Source: Minisyncoccota bacterium
Lineage (GTDB): Bacteria; Patescibacteriota; Minisyncoccia; Minisyncoccales; JAQTVQ01
Assembly (NCBI GenBank): GCA_041657385.1
Contig: JBBABZ010000003.1
Location: forward strand, 8,820-72,819
DNA: 64,000 nucleotides
Direction: 5' to 3'
Part shown: positions 9,175-19,148 of the stretch, in pieces
Position numbering within the stretch: the stretch's first letter is position 1
Layout: every line of letters begins with the position of its first letter
Translations under genes and position numbers: made by a program
The notes under the pieces: generated by a model
Seen by the model: only the letters and a program-made list of their open reading frames with translations
What the model was told of the DNA's origin: nothing
Databases searched by the model: none

Positions 9175-11037
9175 ATGAAGGAAGAGATCAATTTTTTCGC
9201 TCAAACTAATTTTCGCAATCAGCTCAAAAAATTTGGCATCAAAACCGACGATCGCCGCCGGCATTTTTATGTAGTGGGAAAGACCGGCATGGGCAAGACA
9301 GAGATGATCAAGAATATGGCCATCCAGGATATCAGGAACGGCAAAGGCGTCGGCTTTGTGGACCCTCACGGAGAAGCTTCAATGGAGCTTTTGGAATTTG
9401 TCCCGAAAGAACGCATCAAAGATGTTATTTATTTCAACCCATCCGACTTGGACTGGCCGATATCTTTTAATATTATGGAAAATGTCTCTCTTGAATACCG
9501 CCATTTAGTGGCTGGCGGGCTGATGGGCGTTTTCAAAAAAATATGGCCTGATGTTTGGTCAGCCAGAATGGAATATATTTTAAACAATGCCATTTTAGCC
9601 TTGCTGGAAATTCCTGGATCAACTTTGCTTTCCATTAACCGGCTTTTTTCCGATGTTGATTGGAGGCAGGAAGTGGTGGCCCAGTTGAAAGATTCGGTCG
9701 TTAAGGCTTTTTGGGTTAAAGAATTTGCCCGCTATACCCAGAAATATGAGATCGAAGCGACAGCTGCCATCCAGAATAAGATCGGCCAATTCGTTTCCGC
9801 TCCGCTGATCAGGAATATTATCGGCCAGCCTAATTCCACGATCGATATGCGTAAAATAATGGACGAGAAAAAGATCTTGATATTAAACCTTTCCAAAGGA
9901 TTGGTGGGAGAGGACAATTCAAGGCTTTTAGGCGCCCTTTTGATCACTAAATTACAATTGGCCGCAATGTCGCGCGTGGACATACCCGAAGAGCAAAGAA
10001 ATGATTTTTATCTTTATGTCGACGAGTTTCAAAATTTTGCCACGGATTCTTTCGTCAATGTTTTGTCCGAAGCCCGCAAATACCGTTTGGCTTTAATTTT
10101 AGCCAACCAATACATCGCCCAGCTTACAGAATCCAATAGCGGCGGCCATAACACAAAGGTTAGGGACGCGGTTTTCGGCAATGTGGGAACAATGATCCTT
10201 TTCAGAGTAGGAGCCGAAGATGCAGAATTTTTAGAAAGGGAGTTTTCTCCAGAGTTCGAAGCGCCAGACCTGGTCAATCTTTCCAAATACAATATTTATG
10301 CGAAGCTTATGATAAACGGCGCTTCTTCCCGGCCTTTTTCCGCTCAAACTTTAATGCCCGAACCGCGGCCCGCCCAGTCTTTTAAAAATGAGATCATCGA
10401 TTTTTCCCGTAAAAATTACAGCAATGCGAAACGAACAGTTGAAGAAAGTATTGCCAATGTGGCTGAAACTTCAATTGACAGCAAGGGGCAAATCCAGCAA
10501 AAAGGACCGGTTGAAATTTTTGAAGATATTTGCCAGATTTGCGGCAAGAAGACCAGGATCACTTTCCGTCCAGACGGCAAAAGGCCGGTTTTTTGCCCCG
10601 CCTGTTTTAAAAGAATTGGAAAAGAGCGGCTAGAGGCGCAATTGACCAGCCAGAAAAGAACTTTTAACGGTTTGGCGGGAATGTCTTTGGCCGAAGCTAT
10701 GCAAGAAGAGCCAGTTTCTTTCAGTGGAAAGAAAAAAGAAGAAGACAGCGAAACAAGAGGAGAGGATAAACCCAAAAAAAAGAAAAAAGAAGTCCGGCTT
10801 GACGATTTGCGTTCGGTTTTAAAAGGGATCTCGGATAGAAACAAGGAAAAAGAGGAGGCCTCCCCTGATGAGGTTTTTCCAGGAGATAAGGCCGAAGAAG
10901 AGGGAGAGTTGGGTTTGGGAAGCTTGGAGCCCGAGAAAAAAGAAAATGGCGGAACAAGCATCCAAACAAACGATGGCCAGCCCGCGAAAAGCAAGATCGA
11001 GAAGATAGATCCGGGGCAAGTGGTCAAATTTAACTAA
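9175..11037 (+). CDS. TraD/TraG/VirD4-family (type IV coupling protein-like) P-loop ATPase with C-terminal zinc ribbon and acidic/lysine-rich tail
   Basis: Walker A GKTGMGKT, VDPHGE motif and Walker B FYLYVDEFQNFAT. C-terminus carries CQICGKK...FCPACFKR (CxxC...CxxC) followed by low-complexity EEDSETRGEDKPKKKKKE. A paralogue lies at 54839..56383. Confidence 0.7.
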   Translation: MKEEINFFAQTNFRNQLKKFGIKTDDRRRHFYVVGKTGMGKTEMIKNMAIQDIRNGKGVGFVDPHGEASMELLEFVPKERIKDVIYFNPSDLDWPISFNIMENVSLEYRHLVAGGLMGVFKKIWPDVWSARMEYILNNAILALLEIPGSTLLSINRLFSDVDWRQEVVAQLKDSVVKAFWVKEFARYTQKYEIEATAAIQNKIGQFVSAPLIRNIIGQPNSTIDMRKIMDEKKILILNLSKGLVGEDNSRLLGALLITKLQLAAMSRVDIPEEQRNDFYLYVDEFQNFATDSFVNVLSEARKYRLALILANQYIAQLTESNSGGHNTKVRDAVFGNVGTMILFRVGAEDAEFLEREFSPEFEAPDLVNLSKYNIYAKLMINGASSRPFSAQTLMPEPRPAQSFKNEIIDFSRKNYSNAKRTVEESIANVAETSIDSKGQIQQKGPVEIFEDICQICGKKTRITFRPDGKRPVFCPACFKRIGKERLEAQLTSQKRTFNGLAGMSLAEAMQEEPVSFSGKKKEEDSETRGEDKPKKKKKEVRLDDLRSVLKGISDRNKEKEEASPDEVFPGDKAEEEGELGLGSLEPEKKENGGTSIQTNDGQPAKSKIEKIDPGQVVKFN

Positions 11038-11054
11038 TTTAACAAATTAAAAAT

Positions 11055-12221
11055 ATGCGTACACTCAAACAAACAGATGTCCGAGATCAAAAAGTTTTAG
11101 TGCGTTGCGATTTCAATGTGCCTTTGGATGGAAGCGGCCAAATTTCTGATAATTTCAGGATATTAAAGACTCTGCCCACGATAAAATATTTAATTGAAAA
11201 AAATGCCAAGATAATTTTGATCAGCCACCTCGGATCGCCAAAAGGAAAGGATCCGAAATGCAGCTTGAGGCCGATAGCAGCGGAGCTTTCCAACCTCTTG
11301 GGGCAGGAAGTGAAATTTTTGAATGACTGCGCGGGCTCGGAAGTCGAAAAAGCCGTTAAAGAGATGGAAAAGAGGCAGGTTATTCTTTTGGAAAACTTGA
11401 GATTTTATAAAGAAGAAGAAAAAAACGATCCGCAATTTGCCAAAAAATTAGCCGGATTGGCGGATGTTTTCATCCAGGACGGTTTCGGCGTTTGCCACAG
11501 GGCGCACGCTTCAGTTACGGGAGTCGCCGCTCTTTTGCCTTCAGCCGCGGGGATGCTGCTTGAAAGAGAAGTGGAAGTTTTAAATAAGATCTTGGAAGAT
11601 CCTTACCGGCCTTTGGTGGCGATCATCGGCGGAGCAAAAATTTCTACAAAAATAAGAGTCATCAAAAAATTATTAGACAAGGCCGATCATCTGCTGGTGG
11701 GAGGGAAGATCGCCAACGCTATTCTGGCCATCAAAGGCATTTGCGTCAGAGAGCCGCTGCCCCAGGAGGCGGAGGAAGTTTTGAAAGACGTGGAGGCTAT
11801 GGATTTGACCGATCCTAAGTTGCATTTGCCGATTGACGGAGCGATGTCTTTAGCCAATTTGGATGAAAAGTATTTGAGGATCGGAGCGGTTGGAACGGTG
11901 CGCAAAGAAGAGGAGATTTTTGATGTGGGGCCGGAAACGATCGCTAATTTTAAGAATATTATCGCTTCCGCTAAAATGATCATTTGGAACGGGCCCCTGG
12001 GCTATTCCGAAATAAGGCCTTTTGAAAAATCCAGTTTGGAAATCGCCAAAGCCATCAAGCAAAGCTCTGCTTTTTCAGTGATCGGCGGAGGGGAAACCGT
12101 GGAATTCGTCACTAAGATCGGAATGCTTGATGATTTCGATCATGTTTCCACAGGCGGCGGCGCGATGCTTGATTTTCTTGCCGGAAAAATATTGCCGGGC
12201 CTTGAAGTTTTAAAAAATTAA
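11055..12221 (+). CDS. pgk: phosphoglycerate kinase
   Basis: 388 aa with PGK motifs (VRCDFNVPLDG, ILISHLGSPKG, GGGAMLDFL). Confidence 0.95.
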   Translation: MRTLKQTDVRDQKVLVRCDFNVPLDGSGQISDNFRILKTLPTIKYLIEKNAKIILISHLGSPKGKDPKCSLRPIAAELSNLLGQEVKFLNDCAGSEVEKAVKEMEKRQVILLENLRFYKEEEKNDPQFAKKLAGLADVFIQDGFGVCHRAHASVTGVAALLPSAAGMLLEREVEVLNKILEDPYRPLVAIIGGAKISTKIRVIKKLLDKADHLLVGGKIANAILAIKGICVREPLPQEAEEVLKDVEAMDLTDPKLHLPIDGAMSLANLDEKYLRIGAVGTVRKEEEIFDVGPETIANFKNIIASAKMIIWNGPLGYSEIRPFEKSSLEIAKAIKQSSAFSVIGGGETVEFVTKIGMLDDFDHVSTGGGAMLDFLAGKILPGLEVLKN

Positions 12222-12311
12222 AAAATTTTGAATGGCGATCCAAAAAATCATTAATTTTATATAATTTTGAAAAACGGCTGGTGCTATTCCGGCCGTTTCC
12301 AATTAGAAAGT

Positions 12312-13559
12312 ATGGCTCTGGAAAAAATCAAAAATCTTGAAAAAGCCGCCAAGCGGATAAAAGAAGCCGTCAAAGATCAGGAGCAGATCATTATTTACGC
12401 TGATTCCGATATGGACGGCGTGAGTTCGGCTATTATTTTGAAAGAATCGATAAACAACATCGCTTATTCCGTTTTAAAAGAAGGCCAGTCTCTCCCTCCT
12501 ATCCAGTTTTATCATCCTGATCGCAAAACTGAAGGGTATGGCCTTAATCGAACCGCATTGGAATTTTTAAGTGAAAAATTTTCCACTCCCTTTAAAGAGG
12601 GAGCAAAAAAGAAGGTTAAAAAAGCCAAGCTTGGACTTTTGATAACTTTGGACTGCGGCATTACCAATTTTGAAGAAGTTGAGATGGCCAGATCTTTAGG
12701 TTTTTTTGTCTTGCTGATAGACCATCATCAAGTCCTGGATAAAATGCCTAAGGCCGATATCGTCGTTGACCCGAACCAAGAAGGGGATAAAACTTTTAAA
12801 AGTTTTGCCAATGCCGGATTAACTTTCCAGCTGGCCAAGGAACTTTTGGGCGAGTCTATGTCGCAAGGTTTGCGTTCAAGCTTTTTAGAGCTGGCGGCCT
12901 TGGCAACCATTGCGGATATGATGCCGGAAGTGGAAGAAAATAGCGATATCATCATGGAAGGATTGTCCAGCATTCAAAATTCCCACCGGCCGGGCATCAA
13001 AGTTTTTTTTGAAATTTTTAATTTAAAAGATTTTGTTTCCAAAAGAGATCTGATCTCAAAAATGGTTTCCGTTTTAAATGTCGCTTCGGTCAGGCCGGAT
13101 CATCAGCACGATTGCTATTTGCTTTTAACGACCGGCAATTACGATCTGGCCAAATTGACGGTCCAATCTCTTTTGGAAAAAAGCGGCCGCCGCCATGAAG
13201 AATTAAAAGGCCTGGAAGAAGAAGTAAGATATATCGTCAACAGCAAGAACGGGTCGCCGGTCATTTTTGAAGGTTCCAAAAATTGGGATATTGAATTGCT
13301 CGGAGCCGTGGCTTCCCGCATTGTCCGCGAGTTTCAAAAACCAACTTTTATTTATACAATGAAAGAAGGATCAAGCCGGGGGTCGGTCAGAGCGCCGAAA
13401 GGCATGGATGTGGTTAAAGCTATGGCGGACAGCGCCGATTTATTGGAGATGTTCGGCGGGCATCCTCCGGCCGCGGGATTTACAGTTAAAAATGAGAATT
13501 TAGAAAAATTCAGAGATAAGCTGATCGAATATTTCAGCCGTCATAAAGCGCAAAATTGA
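12312..13559 (+). CDS. DHH/DHHA1 family phosphoesterase (RecJ-like exonuclease / nanoRNase-like)
   Basis: DHH motif (LLIDHHQV) and DHHA1 GGH motif (FGGHPPAAGF). Start chosen at ATG 12312 (MALEK). The upstream part of ORF 12267 overlaps a hairpin that is probably the pgk terminator. Confidence 0.8.
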   Translation: MALEKIKNLEKAAKRIKEAVKDQEQIIIYADSDMDGVSSAIILKESINNIAYSVLKEGQSLPPIQFYHPDRKTEGYGLNRTALEFLSEKFSTPFKEGAKKKVKKAKLGLLITLDCGITNFEEVEMARSLGFFVLLIDHHQVLDKMPKADIVVDPNQEGDKTFKSFANAGLTFQLAKELLGESMSQGLRSSFLELAALATIADMMPEVEENSDIIMEGLSSIQNSHRPGIKVFFEIFNLKDFVSKRDLISKMVSVLNVASVRPDHQHDCYLLLTTGNYDLAKLTVQSLLEKSGRRHEELKGLEEEVRYIVNSKNGSPVIFEGSKNWDIELLGAVASRIVREFQKPTFIYTMKEGSSRGSVRAPKGMDVVKAMADSADLLEMFGGHPPAAGFTVKNENLEKFRDKLIEYFSRHKAQN

Positions 13560-13648
13560 AATAGCGGTTCAAGCATCGTCCAGATCGTTATTTATTTATA
13601 AATTTTTTTTGTGATATATCTAATTCAATAATTATTAACAATTTATTT

Positions 13649-14674
13649 ATGAATTTATCCCAGCTTTTTAAGTCTCGTTTTTTTTCATCCATTGGGAAAA
13701 AACTGAAAAAAATCAAACAAAAAGGCCTCAGGGCCTTCACCCTCATTGAGCTTCTGATCGTCATCGCCATCGTTGCCATTCTCGCCGCGGTTATCATTGT
13801 CGGAACCAGCAGCGCCCAAGCCTCTGCCCGCGATGCCGGCCGTTTAAGCGATCTGTCTCAAACCAAGAAAAGCCTGCAAGCCTACTATCTGGCCTATAAC
13901 AGCTATCCAACCACCAGCGAAGACGGTATCTCGCTGGAAGAGAACGCTACCTTCACCCAAACAATGAAAAACAGCGGATATATGTCCACCGTCCCCAGGG
14001 ATCCGAAATACACCGCTTCCGCCGGAGAATATACCTACAAATATATCTCCACCGCTTCCGATGCCTTCACCCTTTGCGCCAAGTCCGAGGCCAAGAGCGG
14101 CAATTACTTCTGCGCCACCCAAGACAGCGGCGAGGTCAGCCAGACCTCCAGCGCCCCAGTGTTCGGTGTCTGGGGAGGCGGGGGGACTATAACAGTTTTT
14201 AAATCACCAACAGCAACAGGAGACGATTATAATGATTGGTTATTCCCCACTAACGCATATTTTAGCGATGATTTGTATGCCGAGATGACTAGCGCTTTAC
14301 CGGAGGATCAACCGGAGTATCAAGATTATTATAATTTTTCATTCAATATTCCTTCTGGTGCCTCTATCAATGGCGTTGAGATCTCTATTGAGGCGAGAAA
14401 GTATTTCATCCCAGAAACAGATTCTTTTATTTATATTGAATTATCATACGATGGCGGAATAAATTATACTAGTACTGGAAAATGGAAAAGGTTTGGTGAA
14501 TCAGAGGAAATAAAAATCTATGGAAGTCCAACTGATATATGGGGAAGGACCTGGTCGGATAGTGAATTCTCTAACAGCAATTTTAGGGTAAGAATTTCAC
14601 ATGACAGAACCCTTGATGCTTCTTCGCCTGCGTTAGACCATGTTCAAGCTAAAGTTTATTATACGTCGCCTTAA
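13649..14674 (+). CDS. type IV pilin / pseudopilin (prepilin-type N-terminal cleavage-methylation domain)
   Basis: N-terminal KGLRAFTLIELLIVIAIVAILAAVII is the class III signal/prepilin motif. It is followed by a Ser/Thr-rich globular domain. Confidence 0.8.
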   Translation: MNLSQLFKSRFFSSIGKKLKKIKQKGLRAFTLIELLIVIAIVAILAAVIIVGTSSAQASARDAGRLSDLSQTKKSLQAYYLAYNSYPTTSEDGISLEENATFTQTMKNSGYMSTVPRDPKYTASAGEYTYKYISTASDAFTLCAKSEAKSGNYFCATQDSGEVSQTSSAPVFGVWGGGGTITVFKSPTATGDDYNDWLFPTNAYFSDDLYAEMTSALPEDQPEYQDYYNFSFNIPSGASINGVEISIEARKYFIPETDSFIYIELSYDGGINYTSTGKWKRFGESEEIKIYGSPTDIWGRTWSDSEFSNSNFRVRISHDRTLDASSPALDHVQAKVYYTSP

Positions 14675-14727
14675 TTGCTAGAATACAGATAACGGTGTCA
14701 TATGCATAAGGTTTATGAAGCTATGGA

Positions 14728-15204
14728 ATGGCTTCCGTAAAAAATCTCTCTTCCCAGCAAGTTTGTATTCTTATAATAATCAATTATAATAAAGACATGG
14801 AAAGAGCCAAAAAATTAAAAACGAAAGAAAAAAAAGAAATTGATATCGGAGATCAGATCAGGGGTCTTGGCGTGGTAATTGAGCATATTGATAGCAAAGT
14901 TTCGCTTGTCGCGGAACAATACGGGGATATTAAGAAAACATTAGACAGCCATACCAAGATATTAGATCGCCACACTGAAATATTAGATAATCATACACAA
15001 ATATTGGATCGTCATACTAAGATATTGGATCGCCACGCTGATATCTTAGATAGCCACACCGAAATGGTCGGTTCTATGAAAGTGGATATTGAAGTGATCA
15101 AAGCAGATATCACATTCATTAAAGGAGGCCTTAAAAAGAAAGTTGATGCCGATGAATTTTCAGCTCTTGAAAAGCGGGTTGCTTTGCTTGAGAAGCGCCG
15201 GTAA
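14728..15204 (+). CDS. hypothetical coiled-coil protein with tandem heptad repeats (HTKILDR x5)
   Basis: 21-nt tandem DNA repeats (~14950-15065) encode DSHTKILDRHTEILDNHTQILDRHTKILDRHADILDSHTEM. The start may be ATG 14797 (MERAKK). Confidence 0.6.
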   Translation: MASVKNLSSQQVCILIIINYNKDMERAKKLKTKEKKEIDIGDQIRGLGVVIEHIDSKVSLVAEQYGDIKKTLDSHTKILDRHTEILDNHTQILDRHTKILDRHADILDSHTEMVGSMKVDIEVIKADITFIKGGLKKKVDADEFSALEKRVALLEKRR

Positions 15205-15250
15205 AAATAGTTTTGTAAAAATAATTAGGCCAGCCGCTATTTTCAGATCC

Positions 15251-15305
15251 GCAGAGATCAGATCTCTGCAAATTTTACCAGAGGTCTAACCTCTGGTAAA
15301 ATATT
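15251..15305 (+). terminator. tandem hairpins, probable intrinsic terminator
   Basis: GCAGAGATC pairs with GATCTCTGC (15251-15269). TACCAGAGGT-CTA-ACCTCTGGTA (15276-15298) is followed by a T-rich tract. Confidence 0.45.
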
Positions 15306-15311
15306 TTAAAT

Positions 15312-17204
15312 ATGAATTCAAAAGAGATCAGGGGAAAATTTTTAAGGCATTTGGAAAAACAGGGCTGTAAAATAGTGCCGTCCAGTTCTCTTGTGCCGGA
15401 AAATGACCCGACAACTTTATTCACCAGCGCCGGCATGCAGCAGATGGTCCCTTATTTATTGGGCGAAAAGCATCCGCTCGGCACGCGCATTGCCAATTGC
15501 CAAAAATGTTTTCGAGCCAAGGACATCGAAGAGGTCGGCGATCTGCGCCATAATACTTTTTTTGAAATGCTGGGAGACTGGTCTCTCAATGATTTTTTTA
15601 AACAAGAACAATTAACTTGGATCTTTGAATTTTTAACAAAGGAGACCGGACTTGATCCGAAACGTCTTTTTGTGACGGCTTTTCGCGGCAGTCCGGAAAA
15701 CAATATTCCTAAAGACACGGAAACAGCCGATATTTGGAAAAGTCTTTTTAAAAGCGCGGGAGTGGAAGCCAAAGACGCCGATCTTTCCGAAAAGAACGGA
15801 ATGAAAGAAGAGGAAAGGATCTTTTATTACGATGAAAACAAAAATTGGTGGTCCAGATCCGGCAACCCGGAAAATATGCCCATCGGCGAATTAGGCGGGC
15901 CGGACTCGGAAATGTTTTGGGATTTTGGTGCGGAATTAAAATTGCACGAAAATTCCTTATGGAAAGATCAGCCTTGCCATGTCAATTGCGATTGCGGCCG
16001 GTTTTTTGAAATAGGGAATAATGTTTTTATGCAATATGTCAAAGAAAAAGACGGCATCAAGCTTTTTTCAAAAAAGAATGTTGATTTTGGCGGAGGACTG
16101 GAACGCATTGTTGCCGCATCCATAGACAGTCCGGATGTTTTCAGAACTGATCTGTTTTTGCCCATCATTAATCAAGTGGAAAAAATGTCTGGGAAAAAAT
16201 ATAACAGTTCTGACAGCGAAGACGATAAAGCTTTTCGCGTTATCGCCGATCACGCCAGAGCAGCGGTCCTTTTGGTATCTGACGGAGTATTTCCTTCTAA
16301 TAAAGAACGCGGCTATTTTACCCGCAGAGTTATCCGCCGGGCGCTGGTAAAAGCCCAGAAACTTGGCATAAACGAAAATTTTATGGCGCCGATAGCGGAA
16401 ATTGTTTATGAGATTTTCGAAGGCGTCTACGCTTTCCCGAAAGAAAAAGTGGCGGAAGAGCTTGAAAAAGAAGAAACTAAATTTAGAAAAACATTAGTTG
16501 AAGGATTGAAAAAATTCAATGAGCTTGCCTTAAGCGAAAAGGCAAAAGATGGTAATATGGAAGCCAGCCAGCCTAAAAAAACTTTAAGAGGAGTTGAAGC
16601 TTTTTATCTCTACCAATCATTCGGATTTCCGAAGGAATTGATCCAAGAACTGGTTTTGGAAAATAATTTTGAATTTGATGAAAAAGGTTTTGACGAGGAA
16701 TCTTTAAAGCACCAAGAGCTTTCCCGCACCGCGAGCGCGGGAATGTTTAAAGGGGGATTGGCGGATGCCGGAGAGCAGACGACGCGTTTGCACACTGCCG
16801 CCCATTTAATGCTGGCGGCTTTGCGCCAAGTGCTTGGAGATCATGTGTCGCAGAAAGGATCAAACATTACAGCCGAAAGATTGCGTTTTGATGTCGCTCA
16901 TCCCCAAAAAATTACAGCTGAAGAATTGCAGAAAGTTGAAAACTTGGTCAATGAGCAGATAGCTAAAAATATTACAGTAGAAGAAAGCGAGATGGACTTG
17001 GAAGAAGCCAAAAAACAAAACGCCACGGGCGCGTTTGAAAATAAATACGGCAACAGAGTAAAGGTTTATACTATCGGCGATTTTTCCAAAGAGATTTGCG
17101 GCGGCCCCCATATCAAAAATACCGGCGAACTGGGAAATTTCAAGATAACCAAAGAAGAAAGTTCGAGCGCTGGAGTCAGAAGGATCAAAGCCGTTTTGAG
17201 TTAA
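15312..17204 (+). CDS. alaS: alanine--tRNA ligase, lacking the C-terminal C-Ala domain
   Basis: Class II AlaRS catalytic core (FTSAGMQQ, GDWSLNDFFK) plus editing domain (HTAAHLM...H, CGGPH). At 630 aa it ends before the C-Ala/DHHA1-like domain. Confidence 0.9.
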   Translation: MNSKEIRGKFLRHLEKQGCKIVPSSSLVPENDPTTLFTSAGMQQMVPYLLGEKHPLGTRIANCQKCFRAKDIEEVGDLRHNTFFEMLGDWSLNDFFKQEQLTWIFEFLTKETGLDPKRLFVTAFRGSPENNIPKDTETADIWKSLFKSAGVEAKDADLSEKNGMKEEERIFYYDENKNWWSRSGNPENMPIGELGGPDSEMFWDFGAELKLHENSLWKDQPCHVNCDCGRFFEIGNNVFMQYVKEKDGIKLFSKKNVDFGGGLERIVAASIDSPDVFRTDLFLPIINQVEKMSGKKYNSSDSEDDKAFRVIADHARAAVLLVSDGVFPSNKERGYFTRRVIRRALVKAQKLGINENFMAPIAEIVYEIFEGVYAFPKEKVAEELEKEETKFRKTLVEGLKKFNELALSEKAKDGNMEASQPKKTLRGVEAFYLYQSFGFPKELIQELVLENNFEFDEKGFDEESLKHQELSRTASAGMFKGGLADAGEQTTRLHTAAHLMLAALRQVLGDHVSQKGSNITAERLRFDVAHPQKITAEELQKVENLVNEQIAKNITVEESEMDLEEAKKQNATGAFENKYGNRVKVYTIGDFSKEICGGPHIKNTGELGNFKITKEESSSAGVRRIKAVLS

Positions 17205-17244
17205 ACTATATTTTTTAAAATTAGAAAAGTTAATTAAGATCCCT

Positions 17245-18543
17245 ATGGTTAAAAAAATCTTTGATATAATTCCGCCGGGCGCTTCTTTCAAAGATGAAGA
17301 ATCCCAGCAGCTAAAATTTTTTGCGAAAAAAAATGATCTCCGGCCCCAAATGAACAAGCCAAAAGAAAAGATCCCTTTTTCTTCGGCAAAATTATTAGTT
17401 CCGGCAGCTGTTTTGGCCTTGCTTTTCGGGGCGGCTTATTTTTTAATTGAAGCCGAGGCAAAAATTGAAATATGGCCGGAAGCTTCTTCGGCCAAAGCCC
17501 AAGATCAAGTTTTACTCAAAGCGGGAGTAGACGGCCAGCAAGTCGATCTTGAACAAAAGATCATTCCCGCTCTTTTGGTCCAGAATACCATGGAGAATAA
17601 GATGGCTTTTTCCGCTACCGGCCCGATAGAAAATAAGGCCAAGGCCGCAGGAACTTTGAGGGTCTATAACAAATACGAGCCGCCAGCGGCTTTTACGCTG
17701 GTTAAGGGTACCCGCTTTCTTTCTCCACAGGAAAAATATTTTAAATCATTGAGTGTGATCAACTTACCTGCTCCTACCTATAAAGACGGCAAATTGGTTC
17801 CCGGATTCGTAGATATATTAGTCGAAGCTGATCAATCAGGAGCTGACTATAATACAGAATCTTCCGCCACATTTTCTATTCCTAAATTGGTCGGAACGAA
17901 TTATTTCTATACAACTTGGGCTGAAAATTTAAAACCGCTTGCAGGAGGTTCGGATACAGGGGTCAAAACCGTTACAAAGGACGATTTAGATAAAGCCAAG
18001 AATCAATTTCTTGAGGAGTCTTTTAAAAAAGCCAAAACAGCTTTGGCTTCCAGCGTCCAAGCAGATTACGTTTTGCTTGAGAGCCTGCTGAATCAAGAAG
18101 TGAACGGAGACCTTGTTTTTTCAGCCAAAGAAAAGGATGCGCGCGATACCTTCGAAGTTTCCGGCAAGATTGCCTCTAAGGCTTTTGTTTTTAAACAAAG
18201 CGATGTGAACGCTTATACCGTGAATCTTCTTTCCAAGGTTGCCAATTCCTCCAAGGAAATTGTGCCTGGCAGTTTGAAGATCGATCCCGTCGGCAAATCG
18301 ATTGACTTTGGACAGCAAACAGCCCAGCTGGTCCTGTCGGTTAACGCAAAAACCTATATGCTGGATAAGGAGCAAAAGATCAAAGATCTTTTGAAAGGAC
18401 AAAAATTAGATTATGCCGCTTCTTTGATCAATAATTCTTCAGGCGTAGAAAAGGCGAATATAATTTTATCTCCTTTTTGGAAGAACAAGCTTCCGTCCGA
18501 TACAGGCAAGATACAAATCAAGCTTATTTTTGACGGGGAGTAG
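17245..18543 (+). CDS. hypothetical membrane-anchored protein
   Basis: 432 aa with a single N-terminal TM helix (LLVPAAVLALLFGAAYFLI). No recognisable motif. Confidence 0.55.
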   Translation: MVKKIFDIIPPGASFKDEESQQLKFFAKKNDLRPQMNKPKEKIPFSSAKLLVPAAVLALLFGAAYFLIEAEAKIEIWPEASSAKAQDQVLLKAGVDGQQVDLEQKIIPALLVQNTMENKMAFSATGPIENKAKAAGTLRVYNKYEPPAAFTLVKGTRFLSPQEKYFKSLSVINLPAPTYKDGKLVPGFVDILVEADQSGADYNTESSATFSIPKLVGTNYFYTTWAENLKPLAGGSDTGVKTVTKDDLDKAKNQFLEESFKKAKTALASSVQADYVLLESLLNQEVNGDLVFSAKEKDARDTFEVSGKIASKAFVFKQSDVNAYTVNLLSKVANSSKEIVPGSLKIDPVGKSIDFGQQTAQLVLSVNAKTYMLDKEQKIKDLLKGQKLDYAASLINNSSGVEKANIILSPFWKNKLPSDTGKIQIKLIFDGE

Positions 18544-18660
18544 GGATTGAAGGGGCTGTCCCCGTAAGATATTCTACTATCCAAGACAGGAGTAATTCCG
18601 TTATTTGTTCAGAGAACAGCGGTTCTACAAAATACCAGGAATCAAGAATCTCTAACGGGG

Positions 18661-18689
18661 TTGACCAAAATAATGATTTTTGTTACACT
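18661..18689 (+). promoter_or_regulatory. sigma70-type promoter upstream of infA cluster (-35 TTGACC, 17 nt, -10 TACACT)
   Basis: Hexamers at 18661-18666 and 18684-18689. Confidence 0.4.
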
Positions 18690-18708
18690 AGCCTTGCTTT
18701 AAAAACTA

Positions 18709-18933
18709 ATGGAAAATAAAGAAGCAAAAATTAGAAAAGAAGGAGTGGTAGTGGAAAGCTTGCCAAATGCTTATTTTCGGGTATCATTAAACGACGACAG
18801 TTCAATTGTCCTTGCCCATTTGGCCGGAAAGTTGAGAATTAATCGAATTAAAATTTTGCCCGGAGATAAAGTTACAGTGGAACTAACCCCCTACGATAAA
18901 ACGCGGGGTAGAATAACTTACCGAGGAAGGTAA
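18709..18933 (+). CDS. infA: translation initiation factor IF-1
   Basis: 74 aa S1-like OB fold ([38 protein letters not shown]). Confidence 0.95.
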   Translation: MENKEAKIRKEGVVVESLPNAYFRVSLNDDSSIVLAHLAGKLRINRIKILPGDKVTVELTPYDKTRGRITYRGR

Positions 18934-19006
18934 TTTAGGTTTCAATGGCAATGATTCAAAATTATCAAACAGATAATTTTGGATTGTCCATTGGGATTTT
19001 GATTTT

Positions 19007-19123
19007 GTGAAAGTACGACCATCAGTTAAAAAAATATGCAATGATTGCAAAATTGTCCGCCGCAAAGGATATGTTTATGTGATCTGTAAAAAAAATCCTA
19101 AGCACAAACAAAGACAGGGTTAA
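19007..19123 (+). CDS. rpmJ: 50S ribosomal protein L36 (bL36)
   Basis: Missed by the ORF track (38 aa, GTG start). Translation is [38 protein letters not shown], with the bL36 zinc-ribbon motif, in the conserved infA-rpmJ-rpsM position. Confidence 0.85.
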   Translation: MKVRPSVKKICNDCKIVRRKGYVYVICKKNPKHKQRQG

Positions 19124-19148
19124 TTTTAATTTAAGATAAAATAAAAAA

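Noticed and set aside
12267-12311. N-terminal extension of the DHH protein ORF
   Set aside because: Overlaps a hairpin (AAACGGC...GCCGTTT) likely terminating pgk. ATG 12312 gives a sensible start.
14950-15065. Possible CRISPR-like short tandem repeats
   Set aside because: The repeats are 21-nt, in-frame and coding (heptad repeats), with no spacers. The 51243-51400 repeats are likewise coding (HsdR).
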